Source: a virus
Taxonomy: Duplodnaviria > Caudoviricetes
IMG/VR virus record: IMGVR_UViG_3300035093_000006
Location: 1-59,771 of that record
Strand: one strand, 5' to 3'
DNA length: 59,771 nt
Shown here: piece by piece, positions 47,108 to 56,288 of the stretch
How the letters are laid out: the number at the start of each line of letters is the position of its first letter
Position numbering within the stretch: the stretch's first letter is position 1
Made by a program: the position numbers and the translations under genes
Notes under the pieces: model-generated
What the model saw: the letters and a program-made list of their open reading frames with translations, nothing else
Told to the model about the DNA's origin: nothing
The model's database searches: none

Positions 47108-47739
47108 CACCCGACCACCGCGACGACCTGCGCAGCCAACCGATCCTGGCCCGCCTGGGAGAGATGCAGCCCGTCGGCAACGTGGGTCGCATCCGAGTAC
47201 GGCCACGCCGCGTTCAGCGTCGGCCCGAGGCTCCGGTAGATCGCGTTCACCGCGGGGATGGTCAGGTTGTACCCGAGCCGGATCGCGAGCGGCGCTTCTA
47301 CCCAGACCACGCGAGCACCCTTGACCGCGAACACGCGAGCAGCTCTCCGGGCTTCGACCTTCCACGCCTTGTAAAACTCAGCGGAGCGGGGCGCGTACAC
47401 CGGACCGGCGCACGGCAGATGACCGTTCGCGAGGTAGTTCCCCACGTACTCGATGACCACCACGTCCGGCCGCCCCTTCGCGAGCACCTTCGCTCGCGCC
47501 GCGCGGCAGTGGTCCGCGTCGAGCAGTCCCGTCCCGCCTAGCCCCGCACCCGTGACCTGATACCCCTTCGCCCGCAGCGCGAGCGCGGCTTCGTCCTGGT
47601 AGCTCACGGTCAACGAGTCCCCCATGAGCAGCACCCGCACCGGTCCGGGCGGTCGAGCCTTCGCCGCGTGCGCGGGCGCGACGCCGAACGCGACCGCGAT
47701 AACAGTGGCGAGGGTGATGGCGGTGAGTGCTCGGCGCAT
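47107..47739 (-). CDS. Secreted SGNH/GDSL hydrolase (esterase/deacetylase)
   Basis: Signal peptide ending AHA; blocks GDSL, G, GN, DGLH. Confidence 0.9.
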   Translation of the reverse strand: MRRALTAITLATVIAVAFGVAPAHAAKARPPGPVRVLLMGDSLTVSYQDEAALALRAKGYQVTGAGLGGTGLLDADHCRAARAKVLAKGRPDVVVIEYVGNYLANGHLPCAGPVYAPRSAEFYKAWKVEARRAARVFAVKGARVVWVEAPLAIRLGYNLTIPAVNAIYRSLGPTLNAAWPYSDATHVADGLHLSQAGQDRLAAQVVAVVG

Positions 47740-47812
47740 GGGGTCCCTTCAGATCAGGCCCCGCCCGCCAAGGTCGAGAGGCGAGTCACCGAACCCTGGT
47801 CGGGCGAGGCAC

Positions 47813-47829
47813 GTACCACCATACGGTAC
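47813..47829 (-). promoter_or_regulatory. Palindromic operator/promoter, copy 6 (GTACCGTATGGTGGTAC)
   Basis: Identical to copy 2; followed by a hairpin leader and GAAGGGACC RBS. Confidence 0.8.
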
Positions 47830-47880
47830 GGGTCGGGGGATACGCAAGAACGGCCAGCGCCCCACGTAGCGTAGAGGTGC

Positions 47881-48630
47881 ATGGCCGTGCGCGAGTACCC
47901 GAACACCGGATTCGCCCGGCGGCCGTCCTCCTGCCAGCCCGGCTCCAAGCGGCTGCTCGACTACCTGACCGCCAAGTTCCGCCTGTCGAACTCCGGGTGC
48001 TTCAACGCCGGCTCACGGCTCACCAGCGGCAAGCTCAGCTTCCACGCCTACGGCAAGGCGATCGACCTCGGCTGCAATTGGCACGACCTCGGCCAACGGG
48101 CGCGCGGGAACCAGTGCTTCGACTGGCTGCTCGCCAACCGCGAAGCCCTCGGCTTGCAGCAGGTCATCTGGGGTGACCGGATCTGGGACATCTCCTACGG
48201 CGTGCGTGCTTACCGGCGCGACGACCACAAGAACCACGTCCACGTCAGCCTCGGCTACCACGCATCCCAGCACTGGACCTCGACCGGCCAGCCCGCCCCC
48301 GCTCCCGCGCCGGCACCCCCGCCCCTCATCCCTGTAGGAGACAACGTGGCCGTCTACGAGTTCGACAACGTCCTGAACGCCGCGTGGGTGGACAAGGAAG
48401 GCCGACTCCAGCACGACTACCTCAAGGCACCCGGCGCCGCGGGGCAGGGCTGGATCGGCGAGACCCTCGCCACCGGATGCAAGCCCGGCGCCCCCGTCGC
48501 GGTCCTCGCGGTGAACACCGGTCTGAACCGCCGCCACATCCTCCAGGCCGACGGCGCGAACGGACTGGAGACGATCGTCGTCGAGCTCACCACGAAGCTG
48601 AAAGTCCACCGCCTCGCGACGCAGGGCTGA
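47881..48630 (+). CDS. Endolysin candidate (M15-like/LAS-type zinc peptidase)
   Basis: SFHAYGKAIDL ... QVIW.DRIW ... DDH.NHVHVS; Pro/Ala linker; C-terminal putative binding domain. Confidence 0.75.
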   Translation: MAVREYPNTGFARRPSSCQPGSKRLLDYLTAKFRLSNSGCFNAGSRLTSGKLSFHAYGKAIDLGCNWHDLGQRARGNQCFDWLLANREALGLQQVIWGDRIWDISYGVRAYRRDDHKNHVHVSLGYHASQHWTSTGQPAPAPAPAPPPLIPVGDNVAVYEFDNVLNAAWVDKEGRLQHDYLKAPGAAGQGWIGETLATGCKPGAPVAVLAVNTGLNRRHILQADGANGLETIVVELTTKLKVHRLATQG

Positions 48631-49004
48631 TGCCCCTCCCGGTACCCCCGAACCCGAACCACCCCTTCACGCGCGCCGGCCGAGCCGTCCACCACGACCC
48701 CGCACAGCAACTCGCCCAAGCGCCGAGAGACACCCAGCTCGAAGCCATCGCCGGCGGGATGCAGCTCGCGACCGGCCAGTTCATCGTCGACCTCTGGCAC
48801 GACCTCGAGGAATCCCGGGAGACGAACCCCGCCTCGGTGGACGCGGTGCGCCGGCTCCAGGCCGAGGTGGACGACCTGCGGGTACGGCTGAAGGGCAAGG
48901 ACGACCTGGTTCGTGGTCTGCGGCTGAAGCTCGACCGGGCGCTGAACGGACGCCCACCGGACCGGCCGCGGAAGGTCCCCGGCTCGCGAGGGCCGCGGCC
49001 GTAG
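48630..49004 (+). CDS. Coiled-coil hypothetical protein
   Basis: TGATG coupling to the lysin. Confidence 0.55.
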   Translation: MPLPVPPNPNHPFTRAGRAVHHDPAQQLAQAPRDTQLEAIAGGMQLATGQFIVDLWHDLEESRETNPASVDAVRRLQAEVDDLRVRLKGKDDLVRGLRLKLDRALNGRPPDRPRKVPGSRGPRP

Positions 49005-49020
49005 CCTGACCTCTCGTGGA

Positions 49021-49551
49021 TCAGATCCGACCGTCGTACAGAGCGACGATCTCCCGCGCCCACGCCAACTGGTCGGCTGCGCGCTGCCCGGGGGGTTGCT
49101 TCTTGATCCACAACTCCAGGTTCTCGGGCCTGTTGTCGTCGCGGATGCCGTTCAAGTGATGGACGTTCTCGAAGGGCAGGAGCGGGCGACCCAGCACCTC
49201 GGCCATAACCAGGCGATGCTGGAAGTGAACCCGGCCACCGATACGGACCTCGATGTAACCCTTCGTGTTCCGGTGCCCGGTTCCAGAAACGCGCCTCGCG
49301 AGCGCGGCCTCGCCGACCTCCCCGTACTTACGCCACCGCTGGACGTGCATCGAGCAGTAGCCCTGTTGCTTGTGGGGCCGACCGCAACCGTCGACAGAGC
49401 AGGTCGGCGCGTATCGCTTCTTGGGTCGACCGAGCAACGGACGCCCCGCCTTCCACCGCTGGTAGTGCATCGAGCACATGCCACGAGCGACGTAAGGCCG
49501 ATCGCAGTCCGTGCGGGTGCAGGTGCGCTGAGTCTGTGCGGCCGTAGGCAT
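49021..49551 (-). CDS. HNH endonuclease with two N-terminal C3H zinc fingers
   Basis: C...C......G.CSMH.QRW x2; [30 protein letters not shown]; TACAAT ends 6 nt before the ATG. Confidence 0.9.
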   Translation of the reverse strand: MPTAAQTQRTCTRTDCDRPYVARGMCSMHYQRWKAGRPLLGRPKKRYAPTCSVDGCGRPHKQQGYCSMHVQRWRKYGEVGEAALARRVSGTGHRNTKGYIEVRIGGRVHFQHRLVMAEVLGRPLLPFENVHHLNGIRDDNRPENLELWIKKQPPGQRAADQLAWAREIVALYDGRI

Positions 49552-49625
49552 TTGTCGATTGTATTCGATCGGGTACCGCGCCGTCCTGGGCGGCTTTCAT
49601 CCACGACGCACAAGGAGACGGAACG

Positions 49626-50015
49626 ATGACGAACTACATGCGCGGCCTCTACGGGCTCGTGCTCGCCGCGATCGTCGCCGGGATTCCCGTCCTGGCCCAG
49701 ACCGACGTGATCCACTGGACGGACGGCCAGGTCGTCGTCGCCACGACGTTCGCAGGCGTGGCCCTCACCCTCGGGTTCGCCATCGCCGCGCACCTGAACC
49801 AGGGCACGAAGAAAGAACCGGTCGCCATCGCCGGCGCCGTGACCGCGTTCACTGCCTCGCTGATCCAGGTCGCGATCGCGTTCGCGTGGGTCGACTGGAC
49901 CCAGGCCGCGCAGCGTTCGGTGCAGGCCCTGGTCGTCTCGCTCGTAGCGATCGCCTCGTTCGTGGCCGCTCGCGGTTCGGTCACCGCGGACACCACGCCT
50001 CCGCTGAACGGATGA
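49626..50015 (+). CDS. Holin-like four-TM protein
   Basis: Hydrophobic segments, EPVAI, ARGSVT; AAGGAG RBS; near the lysin. Confidence 0.7.
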   Translation: MTNYMRGLYGLVLAAIVAGIPVLAQTDVIHWTDGQVVVATTFAGVALTLGFAIAAHLNQGTKKEPVAIAGAVTAFTASLIQVAIAFAWVDWTQAAQRSVQALVVSLVAIASFVAARGSVTADTTPPLNG

Positions 50016-50081
50016 GCGACGAGGCTAAGCGCGCCCACCAGATCGAATGGTGGGAGGTCGACGCCAAGGTCGAGAAGGTCG

Positions 50082-50219
50082 ATGCTCCCTGAGGCGCTCA
50101 CCATCGCGCTCGGCATCCTCGGCGGGCTCGGTCTGCTGGGCTGGGCGGTCTGGCACGGTCTCTGCGTCCGGGTGAGTGACGCTCTGCGGTGGGGGAAGCC
50201 GGAAGAGGCTCGGCGTTGA
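50082..50219 (+). CDS. Small membrane peptide
   Basis: Manual translation MLPEALTIALGILGGLGLLGWAVWHGLC... Confidence 0.4.
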   Translation: MLPEALTIALGILGGLGLLGWAVWHGLCVRVSDALRWGKPEEARR

Positions 50220-50302
50220 GCAGCGCGGCGGTAGAATGTGATCGGCCGGGCGGCGCGTTAACGCCCCCGACCGTGCCCGCTTCCTGGATGAGAGGAACCG
50301 AG

Positions 50303-50782
50303 ATGCCGAAGCGTAGACCCGCGTGGGATCGGTTCTGGGAGAAGGTCGATTTCAACGGCCCCGCACCCGAGTACCGGCCCGACCTCGGGCCTTGTTGGCT
50401 CTGGACCGCGCAGACGAATCAGGCGGGATACGGGCGGTTCCATGTTTCGCGGAGCGGGCCTGGACCGATCACGCACCAGGCCCATCGTGTCGCGTACCGG
50501 TGGCTGATCGGAGAACCGCCGAAAGGGCTGGTGCTAGACCATCTCTGCCGAGTAAGGAACTGCGTCAACCCTCGCCACCTGGAGCCCGTGACGGACCACG
50601 AGAACAGTCTGCGCGGAGTGAACCCGAAGATGGTTGCCCACCTAGAGGACCGGTGCACGCGCGGCCATCCGTTTGACGGGGCGAACACCCTCTGGCGGAA
50701 GAACGGATACCGGGAGTGCCGGGCGTGTCGCAAGGAAGCGAAGCGCCGTTGGATGGACAGGCAGAAAGCGAGCTCCGCGTGA
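50303..50782 (+). CDS. HNH homing endonuclease
   Basis: RFWEKVD..PDLGPCWLWT..AHRVAY..LDHLCRVRNCVNPRHLEPVT..EN..C.RGHPF..CRAC; TAGAAT at 50232. Confidence 0.9.
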   Translation: MPKRRPAWDRFWEKVDFNGPAPEYRPDLGPCWLWTAQTNQAGYGRFHVSRSGPGPITHQAHRVAYRWLIGEPPKGLVLDHLCRVRNCVNPRHLEPVTDHENSLRGVNPKMVAHLEDRCTRGHPFDGANTLWRKNGYRECRACRKEAKRRWMDRQKASSA

Positions 50783-51735
50783 AGCCGTTCTACGGCCATT
50801 CGCTCATTGGGTTGGAGCAGTCATACGACACCGAGCCAGACACGCTCCGACTAGCGAAAAATTGCGGAGCGCGCATCTACAGAGTCGCCTGCGATATGTC
50901 GTCGCCGACCGCCGGCCTCGAGCTAGAGGTCGCAGTCGACCGTGTGCGGAACCTGGGCATGGACGTACTCGTGACCGCGACGTACTCGCCCCCCGACTTG
51001 GGCGAGTACCACCAGGTACCGCTGACCACCGAGCAGCGAACCGAGTGGGCCGAACGCGTCGGTGCAGTCATCAAGCGCAACGTGGGTCGCGTGCGCGCGG
51101 TCGAAGTGTGGAATGAGCCGAACCATCGGCCGTTCAACGATCAGCCCAACCTTGAGCGTTGGATACCGCGCTACGTCGACCTGTTGAACAAGACCTATCG
51201 CGAAATCAAGAAGGCAGATCGCAACATCATCGTCACCACCGGCGGCACGTCACCGCGTGGCACCGACGCCAACGGGTTCTCGCCCATCGAGTGGACGAAG
51301 GGTCTGTACGCGAGGACGCCACCGCGTTTCGACGCCCTCGCGCATCATCCGTACTCGTTCCCGTATCCAGCGTCGACGGCCAAAGATTGGAATTCTTGCT
51401 GGCAGACGCTCACGATCGCCGCGGTGGTGCGCTGGAACGAGGCGCTCCGCTCGATGCCCATGAAGCCGATCTACGCGACCGAGGTGAACTTCCCCTCCTA
51501 CCCGCCGGATCACGCGCCGATCGAACGCGCGGTGGACGAACGGACCCAGGTCGACCGGTTCCTCGACCTCGCGCACCTGTGGCGCTCGTGGGAGTGGACC
51601 GGCCCGCTGATCTGGTTCGGCGTTCGCGATGGCAAGGACGGGGACCTCGCGAAGACGCACGGCGGGCTCCACCGCGCGGACGGAACGCCGAAGCCGATCG
51701 TGCCCTACTTCCGTGAGGTCGCGAGGCAGGGTTGA
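50779..51735 (+). CDS. Clan GH-A glycoside hydrolase (GH5/GH39-like)
   Basis: EVWNEPN acid/base, FDALAHHPY, IYATE nucleophile, GL.RADGTPKP. Confidence 0.85.
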   Translation: MKPFYGHSLIGLEQSYDTEPDTLRLAKNCGARIYRVACDMSSPTAGLELEVAVDRVRNLGMDVLVTATYSPPDLGEYHQVPLTTEQRTEWAERVGAVIKRNVGRVRAVEVWNEPNHRPFNDQPNLERWIPRYVDLLNKTYREIKKADRNIIVTTGGTSPRGTDANGFSPIEWTKGLYARTPPRFDALAHHPYSFPYPASTAKDWNSCWQTLTIAAVVRWNEALRSMPMKPIYATEVNFPSYPPDHAPIERAVDERTQVDRFLDLAHLWRSWEWTGPLIWFGVRDGKDGDLAKTHGGLHRADGTPKPIVPYFREVARQG

Positions 51736-51739
51736 GCAC

Positions 51740-51771
51740 TCCGCGGCAATCGCGACCGCGTCCCGTAATCT
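51740..51771 (+). promoter_or_regulatory. Candidate late promoter TCCGCG-N20-TAATCT
   Basis: Intergenic; same spacing as the other three copies. Confidence 0.5.
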
Positions 51772-51807
51772 CGTGCCGTGACTGACGACGAAACAGGACC
51801 GTGACGC

Positions 51808-52386
51808 ATGGCCCGAACGTCCGAAGGGCCGGCTACCGATCGCAAGAACGATCCCGTGATCGACCCGAGCGCGAACGTCCTCGATCTCGTCGAAGCCGCG
51901 GTGAGGCGGCTCGATGACCTCGCGGAACGCGACCGAACCCACGGCAAGGAGATGGCTGATCTCCGGGCTGACCACGCTAGGGAGATGCGCGTCAAGGAAG
52001 AAGAGCGGCTCGACGCGATCCGCAAGGTCGATCAGGAGACCTCTCAGGCGAACGCGACCAACGCCCAGATCACGGCCCAGGCGCTCGCCAAGACCGTCGT
52101 GGACACCGCCGACGCGGCCCGCGCCGCTATGACCCTGGCTGCGAGCGCGACGGCCGAGACGCTCGACAACCGGCTCAAGCCGATCCTCGAGGGTATGGCC
52201 GTCCTGCAGCAGCGGATGTTCGAGCAGGCCGGTGCCGGACAGCAGCAGAGCGAGACCAAGCAAGAGACCCGGTCGGGGATCAACACCTGGGTCATCGTCC
52301 TCGGCGCGGTCGCCGGGGTCGGTGGATTGTTCCTCGCTCTCATCATGGCGGTCGTCACCGTGCTCGCCCTCACCGGAAACATCTAG
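51808..52386 (+). CDS. Coiled-coil protein with C-terminal TM anchor
   Basis: DPSANVLDLV.AAV.RLDDL...; hydrophobic C-terminus. Confidence 0.7.
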   Translation: MARTSEGPATDRKNDPVIDPSANVLDLVEAAVRRLDDLAERDRTHGKEMADLRADHAREMRVKEEERLDAIRKVDQETSQANATNAQITAQALAKTVVDTADAARAAMTLAASATAETLDNRLKPILEGMAVLQQRMFEQAGAGQQQSETKQETRSGINTWVIVLGAVAGVGGLFLALIMAVVTVLALTGNI

Positions 52387-52424
52387 GCTGCCCCGGTCAG
52401 CCCAGACTCGCTGAGGGAGCCACC

Positions 52425-53021
52425 ATGATCCGTCGCCTCGTCCCGCTCGCCCTCGGAGCCGCGATCCTGCTCGGCGCGTTCAGTGTCGATGCGGCCGGCG
52501 CGACGATCGGCAACCTCGACGCGGACCAGTCGTGTGGCGGCGGCTACGTCACCGCGTCCGTCGGGCTGCTGCGCGCGAGCGACACCGTCCAGATCGTGAG
52601 CACCATCCCCGGCATCGCGGGTCTGACGCAGTCGGGCTACACGATCGGCGACGAGCTCCAAGAGGTCTGGGCGCACGAGTGGCGCGGCAACGACCGGGCT
52701 GGGACCGTGACCCTCCGCCTCTTCCACGAAGGCCAGGAGACCCCCGCGTTCAGCGACTCGGTGACCGTCGCCCCGGTGCTGGACTGCCCGCCACCGCCCA
52801 CGACGACCACGACCTCCACGAGCACGACGACGAGCACCACGTCCACGACCCTGCCGCCCGCTGAGCCCCCGTCAGAGCCCCCTGAGCCGCCCCTGCCGAA
52901 CACCGAGGAGCCCCCGCCCCTACCGGACACCGGAGGCAACGGCGTGCTCTACGTGGGCCTGGTGGGCGCGCTGCTGATGGTCGCGGGCGGGCACCTGATG
53001 GCGGCGCGGCGTACCGCCTGA
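52425..53021 (+). CDS. LPXTG sortase-anchored surface protein
   Basis: Signal peptide, disulfide-capable Cys pair, Thr/Pro-rich stalk, LPDTG, TM helix, ARR tail. Confidence 0.85.
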   Translation: MIRRLVPLALGAAILLGAFSVDAAGATIGNLDADQSCGGGYVTASVGLLRASDTVQIVSTIPGIAGLTQSGYTIGDELQEVWAHEWRGNDRAGTVTLRLFHEGQETPAFSDSVTVAPVLDCPPPPTTTTTSTSTTTSTTSTTLPPAEPPSEPPEPPLPNTEEPPPLPDTGGNGVLYVGLVGALLMVAGGHLMAARRTA

Positions 53022-53046
53022 TCCTTGCGGTCCCGGCTCCCGTGGT

Positions 53047-53063
53047 GTACCGTATACAGGTAC
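53047..53063 (+). promoter_or_regulatory. Palindromic operator/promoter, copy 7 (GTACCGTATACAGGTAC)
   Basis: Consensus match; GGGAGC/GCTCCC hairpin and GAAGGGACC RBS at 53088. Confidence 0.8.
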
Positions 53064-53103
53064 AGGGAGCAACCGGCTCCCACCGAGGAAGGGACCGCGA
53101 AGC

Positions 53104-53355
53104 ATGGGGAACATCTCGGAGACGCTCTACCTCCACGGCAGCGATGGTCGGTACGGCAAGGTCGTCGCGCGGCACCGCAACACCGAGGGCGAACTGACCA
53201 CGATCGAAGGACCGATGGCCGGACGCTTCGACGGCCAGTTCTTACTCTGCTTCTACGACGAGGACTCCACGGTGGTCGCGCCCACGCTGCTCGACCCCGA
53301 GACGGTGACGTGGCTGCTCGGTGAACTCACCCGGATCGAACGGGGCATCGCATGA
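53104..53355 (+). CDS. Hypothetical protein
   Basis: First gene after operator 7. Confidence 0.6.
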   Translation: MGNISETLYLHGSDGRYGKVVARHRNTEGELTTIEGPMAGRFDGQFLLCFYDEDSTVVAPTLLDPETVTWLLGELTRIERGIA

Positions 53356-53603
53356 ACGAACACGAGGACTACAACCGCGGCATCAAGGTGGGCAAGTTGG
53401 TCGCGGTCCTGAACCAGTCGGGCGCGACCGCGGATCAGGTCGAGAACCTCGACGACGAAGGCAAGCGCACCGCGGAACGCCTCGCGGGCACCACCGAGGG
53501 CTCGGAGCGAACGTGGTCCGCGGTGGTCGGGACGCTGCGCGGGCAGGAGCAGGCCGCCGCAGCACCGGACCCGTTCGCGGGACTGCCGAAGGGGAACGTC
53601 TGA
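53352..53603 (+). CDS. Hypothetical protein
   Basis: Coupled ORF; SERTWSAVVG..DPFAGLP. Confidence 0.6.
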   Translation: MNEHEDYNRGIKVGKLVAVLNQSGATADQVENLDDEGKRTAERLAGTTEGSERTWSAVVGTLRGQEQAAAAPDPFAGLPKGNV

Positions 53604-53866
53604 TGGCCCGCCTCGACCGAGACCCGATGGACATGCGCACCGACGAAGAAGTCGAAGCCGCGGAGATGGTGGCCGAGTGGGAAGCCCGCCTCACCTCAGG
53701 AGACGGGGGCTACACCGGCCCGCGCCTGCACGACCCGAGCCCGCTATTCGCGCGTTCGTCGCATCGCGTCCCGCGTGATCCGGCGGTCATCGAGGCGAAC
53801 CAGCGCGCGGTGGCCGAAGCTCAGGCGCGCATTGACGCGGCGCGGTACGAGCGAGGGGAGGGGTGA
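53603..53866 (+). CDS. Hypothetical protein
   Basis: TGATG coupling. Confidence 0.55.
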   Translation: MARLDRDPMDMRTDEEVEAAEMVAEWEARLTSGDGGYTGPRLHDPSPLFARSSHRVPRDPAVIEANQRAVAEAQARIDAARYERGEG

Positions 53867-54114
53867 TGGGTGTCGCTGAGCGCAGGATCGTCCCGAAGTG
53901 GTGGCGAACCGAAACCGGCAAGGTGTGGCGGAAGGTCCAGATCGACTCGCCCCGATGCGCTGCGCAAATCGGAAGCGGGCGCCAGTGCGCGCGGGTCCTC
54001 GATACCGGTCAAGGTGGCTCGTGGATTCAGACGCCAGACGAACCCGAGGGGGTGTGGGTCTGCACGCAGCACGCCCACTATGCAGGCGTTGGCGAAGGAG
54101 TGAGCTCCCGATGA
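53863..54114 (+). CDS. Hypothetical protein
   Basis: C..C..WVCTQHA. Confidence 0.55.
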   Translation: MMGVAERRIVPKWWRTETGKVWRKVQIDSPRCAAQIGSGRQCARVLDTGQGGSWIQTPDEPEGVWVCTQHAHYAGVGEGVSSR

Positions 54115-54530
54115 CCGACCACTACGGCGACCCCAACCCCGCGACCGACTGGCGCGAGGCAAGCGGCGCGATCGAGGGCGCCGTCACCGCCGACGTGGAC
54201 GCTCCCATCAGACGGTCGATCAGCGTGTTCGACGACGAGACGCCCGAACCTCCGACCCCGCACCCGGTCAACCGGTCGAAGCCGGTCCACCACTGGCAGA
54301 ACATCGGCCGAACCTACTTCAGCCTCTTCGGCCTCGGCCCCGTCGTGGTCCGCCTGACCGTGCGCTGGGACGGCAGGGGCGAGGGGTTCTGGGACTGGCG
54401 CTACGAAGTCCGGGACCCGCTCGGCGACCTCGTAGCCGCCGGCGCGGCGTCCACCCACCTGACCCGCACCGACGCCCAGGTGTACGCGGAGACCGAAGCG
54501 CGCGAGGCGATCCGCCGATTGGCCGCGTGA
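54111..54530 (+). CDS. Hypothetical protein
   Basis: AAGGAG RBS; ATGA coupling. Confidence 0.6.
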   Translation: MTDHYGDPNPATDWREASGAIEGAVTADVDAPIRRSISVFDDETPEPPTPHPVNRSKPVHHWQNIGRTYFSLFGLGPVVVRLTVRWDGRGEGFWDWRYEVRDPLGDLVAAGAASTHLTRTDAQVYAETEAREAIRRLAA

Positions 54531-54673
54531 TGCGCCGCTGGCAAGTCGACGTGTTTCGCGACGATGGCACATGGTCGAAGCCCGCCGGCGCGGAGTACGT
54601 CGGGTTCGTCGTACTCGTCGGTGCCCCAGACACCGTGCTCGTTTTCACGCTCATCGACCAGAATGCCGCCTGA
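54530..54673 (+). CDS. Small hypothetical protein
   Basis: Manual translation MRRWQVDVFRDDGTWSKP...DQNAA. Confidence 0.45.
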   Translation: MRRWQVDVFRDDGTWSKPAGAEYVGFVVLVGAPDTVLVFTLIDQNAA

Positions 54674-54678
54674 GATCG

Positions 54679-54815
54679 CCGAGCACCCCAGGAGCTAGCC
54701 CCGTCCTAACCTTTCGGGAGCGAACGATCGTCCTGCCCTTCGGGGTCAACGTCTGCAAAGCCAGTGCCCAGGCATGGAGCCGCAGCGAAGGGCGACCCGC
54801 TCCTGGGAACCTCGG
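54679..54815 (+). ncRNA. Candidate structured RNA leader
   Basis: Nested stems, UUCG tetraloop hairpin, alternative pairing of 54799-54807; TAACCT -10 at 54707. Confidence 0.4.
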
Positions 54816-54841
54816 CCCGACGAACGAAGGGACCACCCCGC

Positions 54842-55621
54842 ATGACCGCGATTGAATGGACCGACACCACCTGGAACCCCGTGACCGGCTGCGACCGGGT
54901 CAGTCCCGGTTGTGACAACTGCTACGCGATGACACTGGCGAAGCGACTGAAGGGCATGGGGCAGGCCAACTACCAGCACGACGGCGACCCGCGCACGAGC
55001 GGTCCGGGCTTCGGACTCACGCTGCACCCCGATGCGCTGGACAAGCCGTTGCACTGGCGTAAGCCGCGGCGCGTGTTCGTCAACAGCATGAGCGACCTGT
55101 TCCACCCGGACGTACCCGTCGACTTCATCGCCGACGTGTGGGCAGTGATGCAGGCCACACCGCAGCACACCTACCAGATCCTCACCAAGCGGCCGCAGCG
55201 GATGGCGCGAGTCGTTGCGAACAACATCGAGTGGAACCCGTTGCCGAACGTCTGGCTCGGTACCAGTGTCGAGAACCAGCGGTACGCCGACCTCCGCATC
55301 CCGCACCTGCTCGCGACTCCCGCCGCGGTCCGATTCCTCTCGATCGAACCGTTGCTCGGTTCGGTCAACCTGCACGATGTCTTTGCACCGCTCGACATCC
55401 ATGCTCGCTGGTCGCTCCACGACATCGACTGGTGCATCGTCGGTGGCGAGTCCGGTCGAGGAGCGCGTCCGATGGACCCCGAGTGGGCGCGCAGTCTCCG
55501 CGACCAGTGCGAAGCCGCGGCGGTTCCGTTCTTCTTCAAGCAGTGGGGTGGGCGAACACCGAAGGCCGGCGGCCGCGACCTCGATGGGCGCACCTGGAGC
55601 GAGTACCCGGCTACCGTCTGA
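54842..55621 (+). CDS. Phage Gp37/Gp68 (DUF5131) three-Cys-motif protein
   Basis: [73 protein letters not shown]. Confidence 0.95.
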   Translation: MTAIEWTDTTWNPVTGCDRVSPGCDNCYAMTLAKRLKGMGQANYQHDGDPRTSGPGFGLTLHPDALDKPLHWRKPRRVFVNSMSDLFHPDVPVDFIADVWAVMQATPQHTYQILTKRPQRMARVVANNIEWNPLPNVWLGTSVENQRYADLRIPHLLATPAAVRFLSIEPLLGSVNLHDVFAPLDIHARWSLHDIDWCIVGGESGRGARPMDPEWARSLRDQCEAAAVPFFFKQWGGRTPKAGGRDLDGRTWSEYPATV

Positions 55622-55692
55622 CCCGCCCCGGCTCCCGCTCTGCCGGTCACCCAACGAGCGAGGAAACCCTTCTCCGACCCGGAGCCCGCCCC

Positions 55693-56286
55693 TTGCCCGC
55701 ACTGAAGCGCGCCTCCGTCGCCCTGGCCGTCACCGCGGCCACCCTGATCGCCCTCCCCGCTCTGCCCGCTCGAGCCCCCGTTGCCGAACCGGAGCCTGCG
55801 CCCCGGATCTGTGCCGCCGGCTCCGCGACCCCCTCGAATCGGCCGCTCACCTGCTCTGACGGTGCCCCCGGATCAGTCTGGGAGGGGATGGCCTCCCCGT
55901 TGCGAGCTCGAAGGAACGTCGCGCTGGGCCTGGTGGCTCATGCCGCACAGGTAGCCGCCACTCGGCGCACGGCGGACCCTCCGGGCTCCGACGACGGTTC
56001 GGGGACGGATGGGGCGGGAGAACGGGAGACGGGCGCACAGGGCGGTTTCCCGGGAGACTGCATCGCGGCCCACGAATCTGCCGAAGCCGGGCTATACACC
56101 GCAGAGAACCCAACCAGCACCGCGAGCGGGAAGTACCAGATCCTCGACTCCACCTGGAACGGGTACGGCGGCTACGGCCACGCAGCAGACGCGCCACCGG
56201 CCGTTCAGGAGGCTCGAGCGGCGCAGCTCTGGGACGGAGGGCGCGGTGGTGGGCACTGGTCTGGGACGGGGTGTCCCGGCACGTAG
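55693..56286 (+). CDS. Secreted Rpf-like transglycosylase
   Basis: TTG start with GGAG RBS; signal peptide; [39 protein letters not shown]. Confidence 0.85.
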   Translation: MPALKRASVALAVTAATLIALPALPARAPVAEPEPAPRICAAGSATPSNRPLTCSDGAPGSVWEGMASPLRARRNVALGLVAHAAQVAATRRTADPPGSDDGSGTDGAGERETGAQGGFPGDCIAAHESAEAGLYTAENPTSTASGKYQILDSTWNGYGGYGHAADAPPAVQEARAAQLWDGGRGGGHWSGTGCPGT

Positions 56287-56288
56287 CT

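Noticed and set aside
54745-54765. c-di-GMP-I riboswitch suggested by GCAAAGCC
   Set aside because: The GGCAAACC...GNRA...GG first arm and the tetraloop receptor are absent. It is kept only as an unclassified structured leader.
55622-55692. ydaO (c-di-AMP) riboswitch upstream of the Rpf-like gene
   Set aside because: Only a loose GAGCGAGGAAACCC resemblance. The GCCGAAUCC 5' element is missing and the region is too short.
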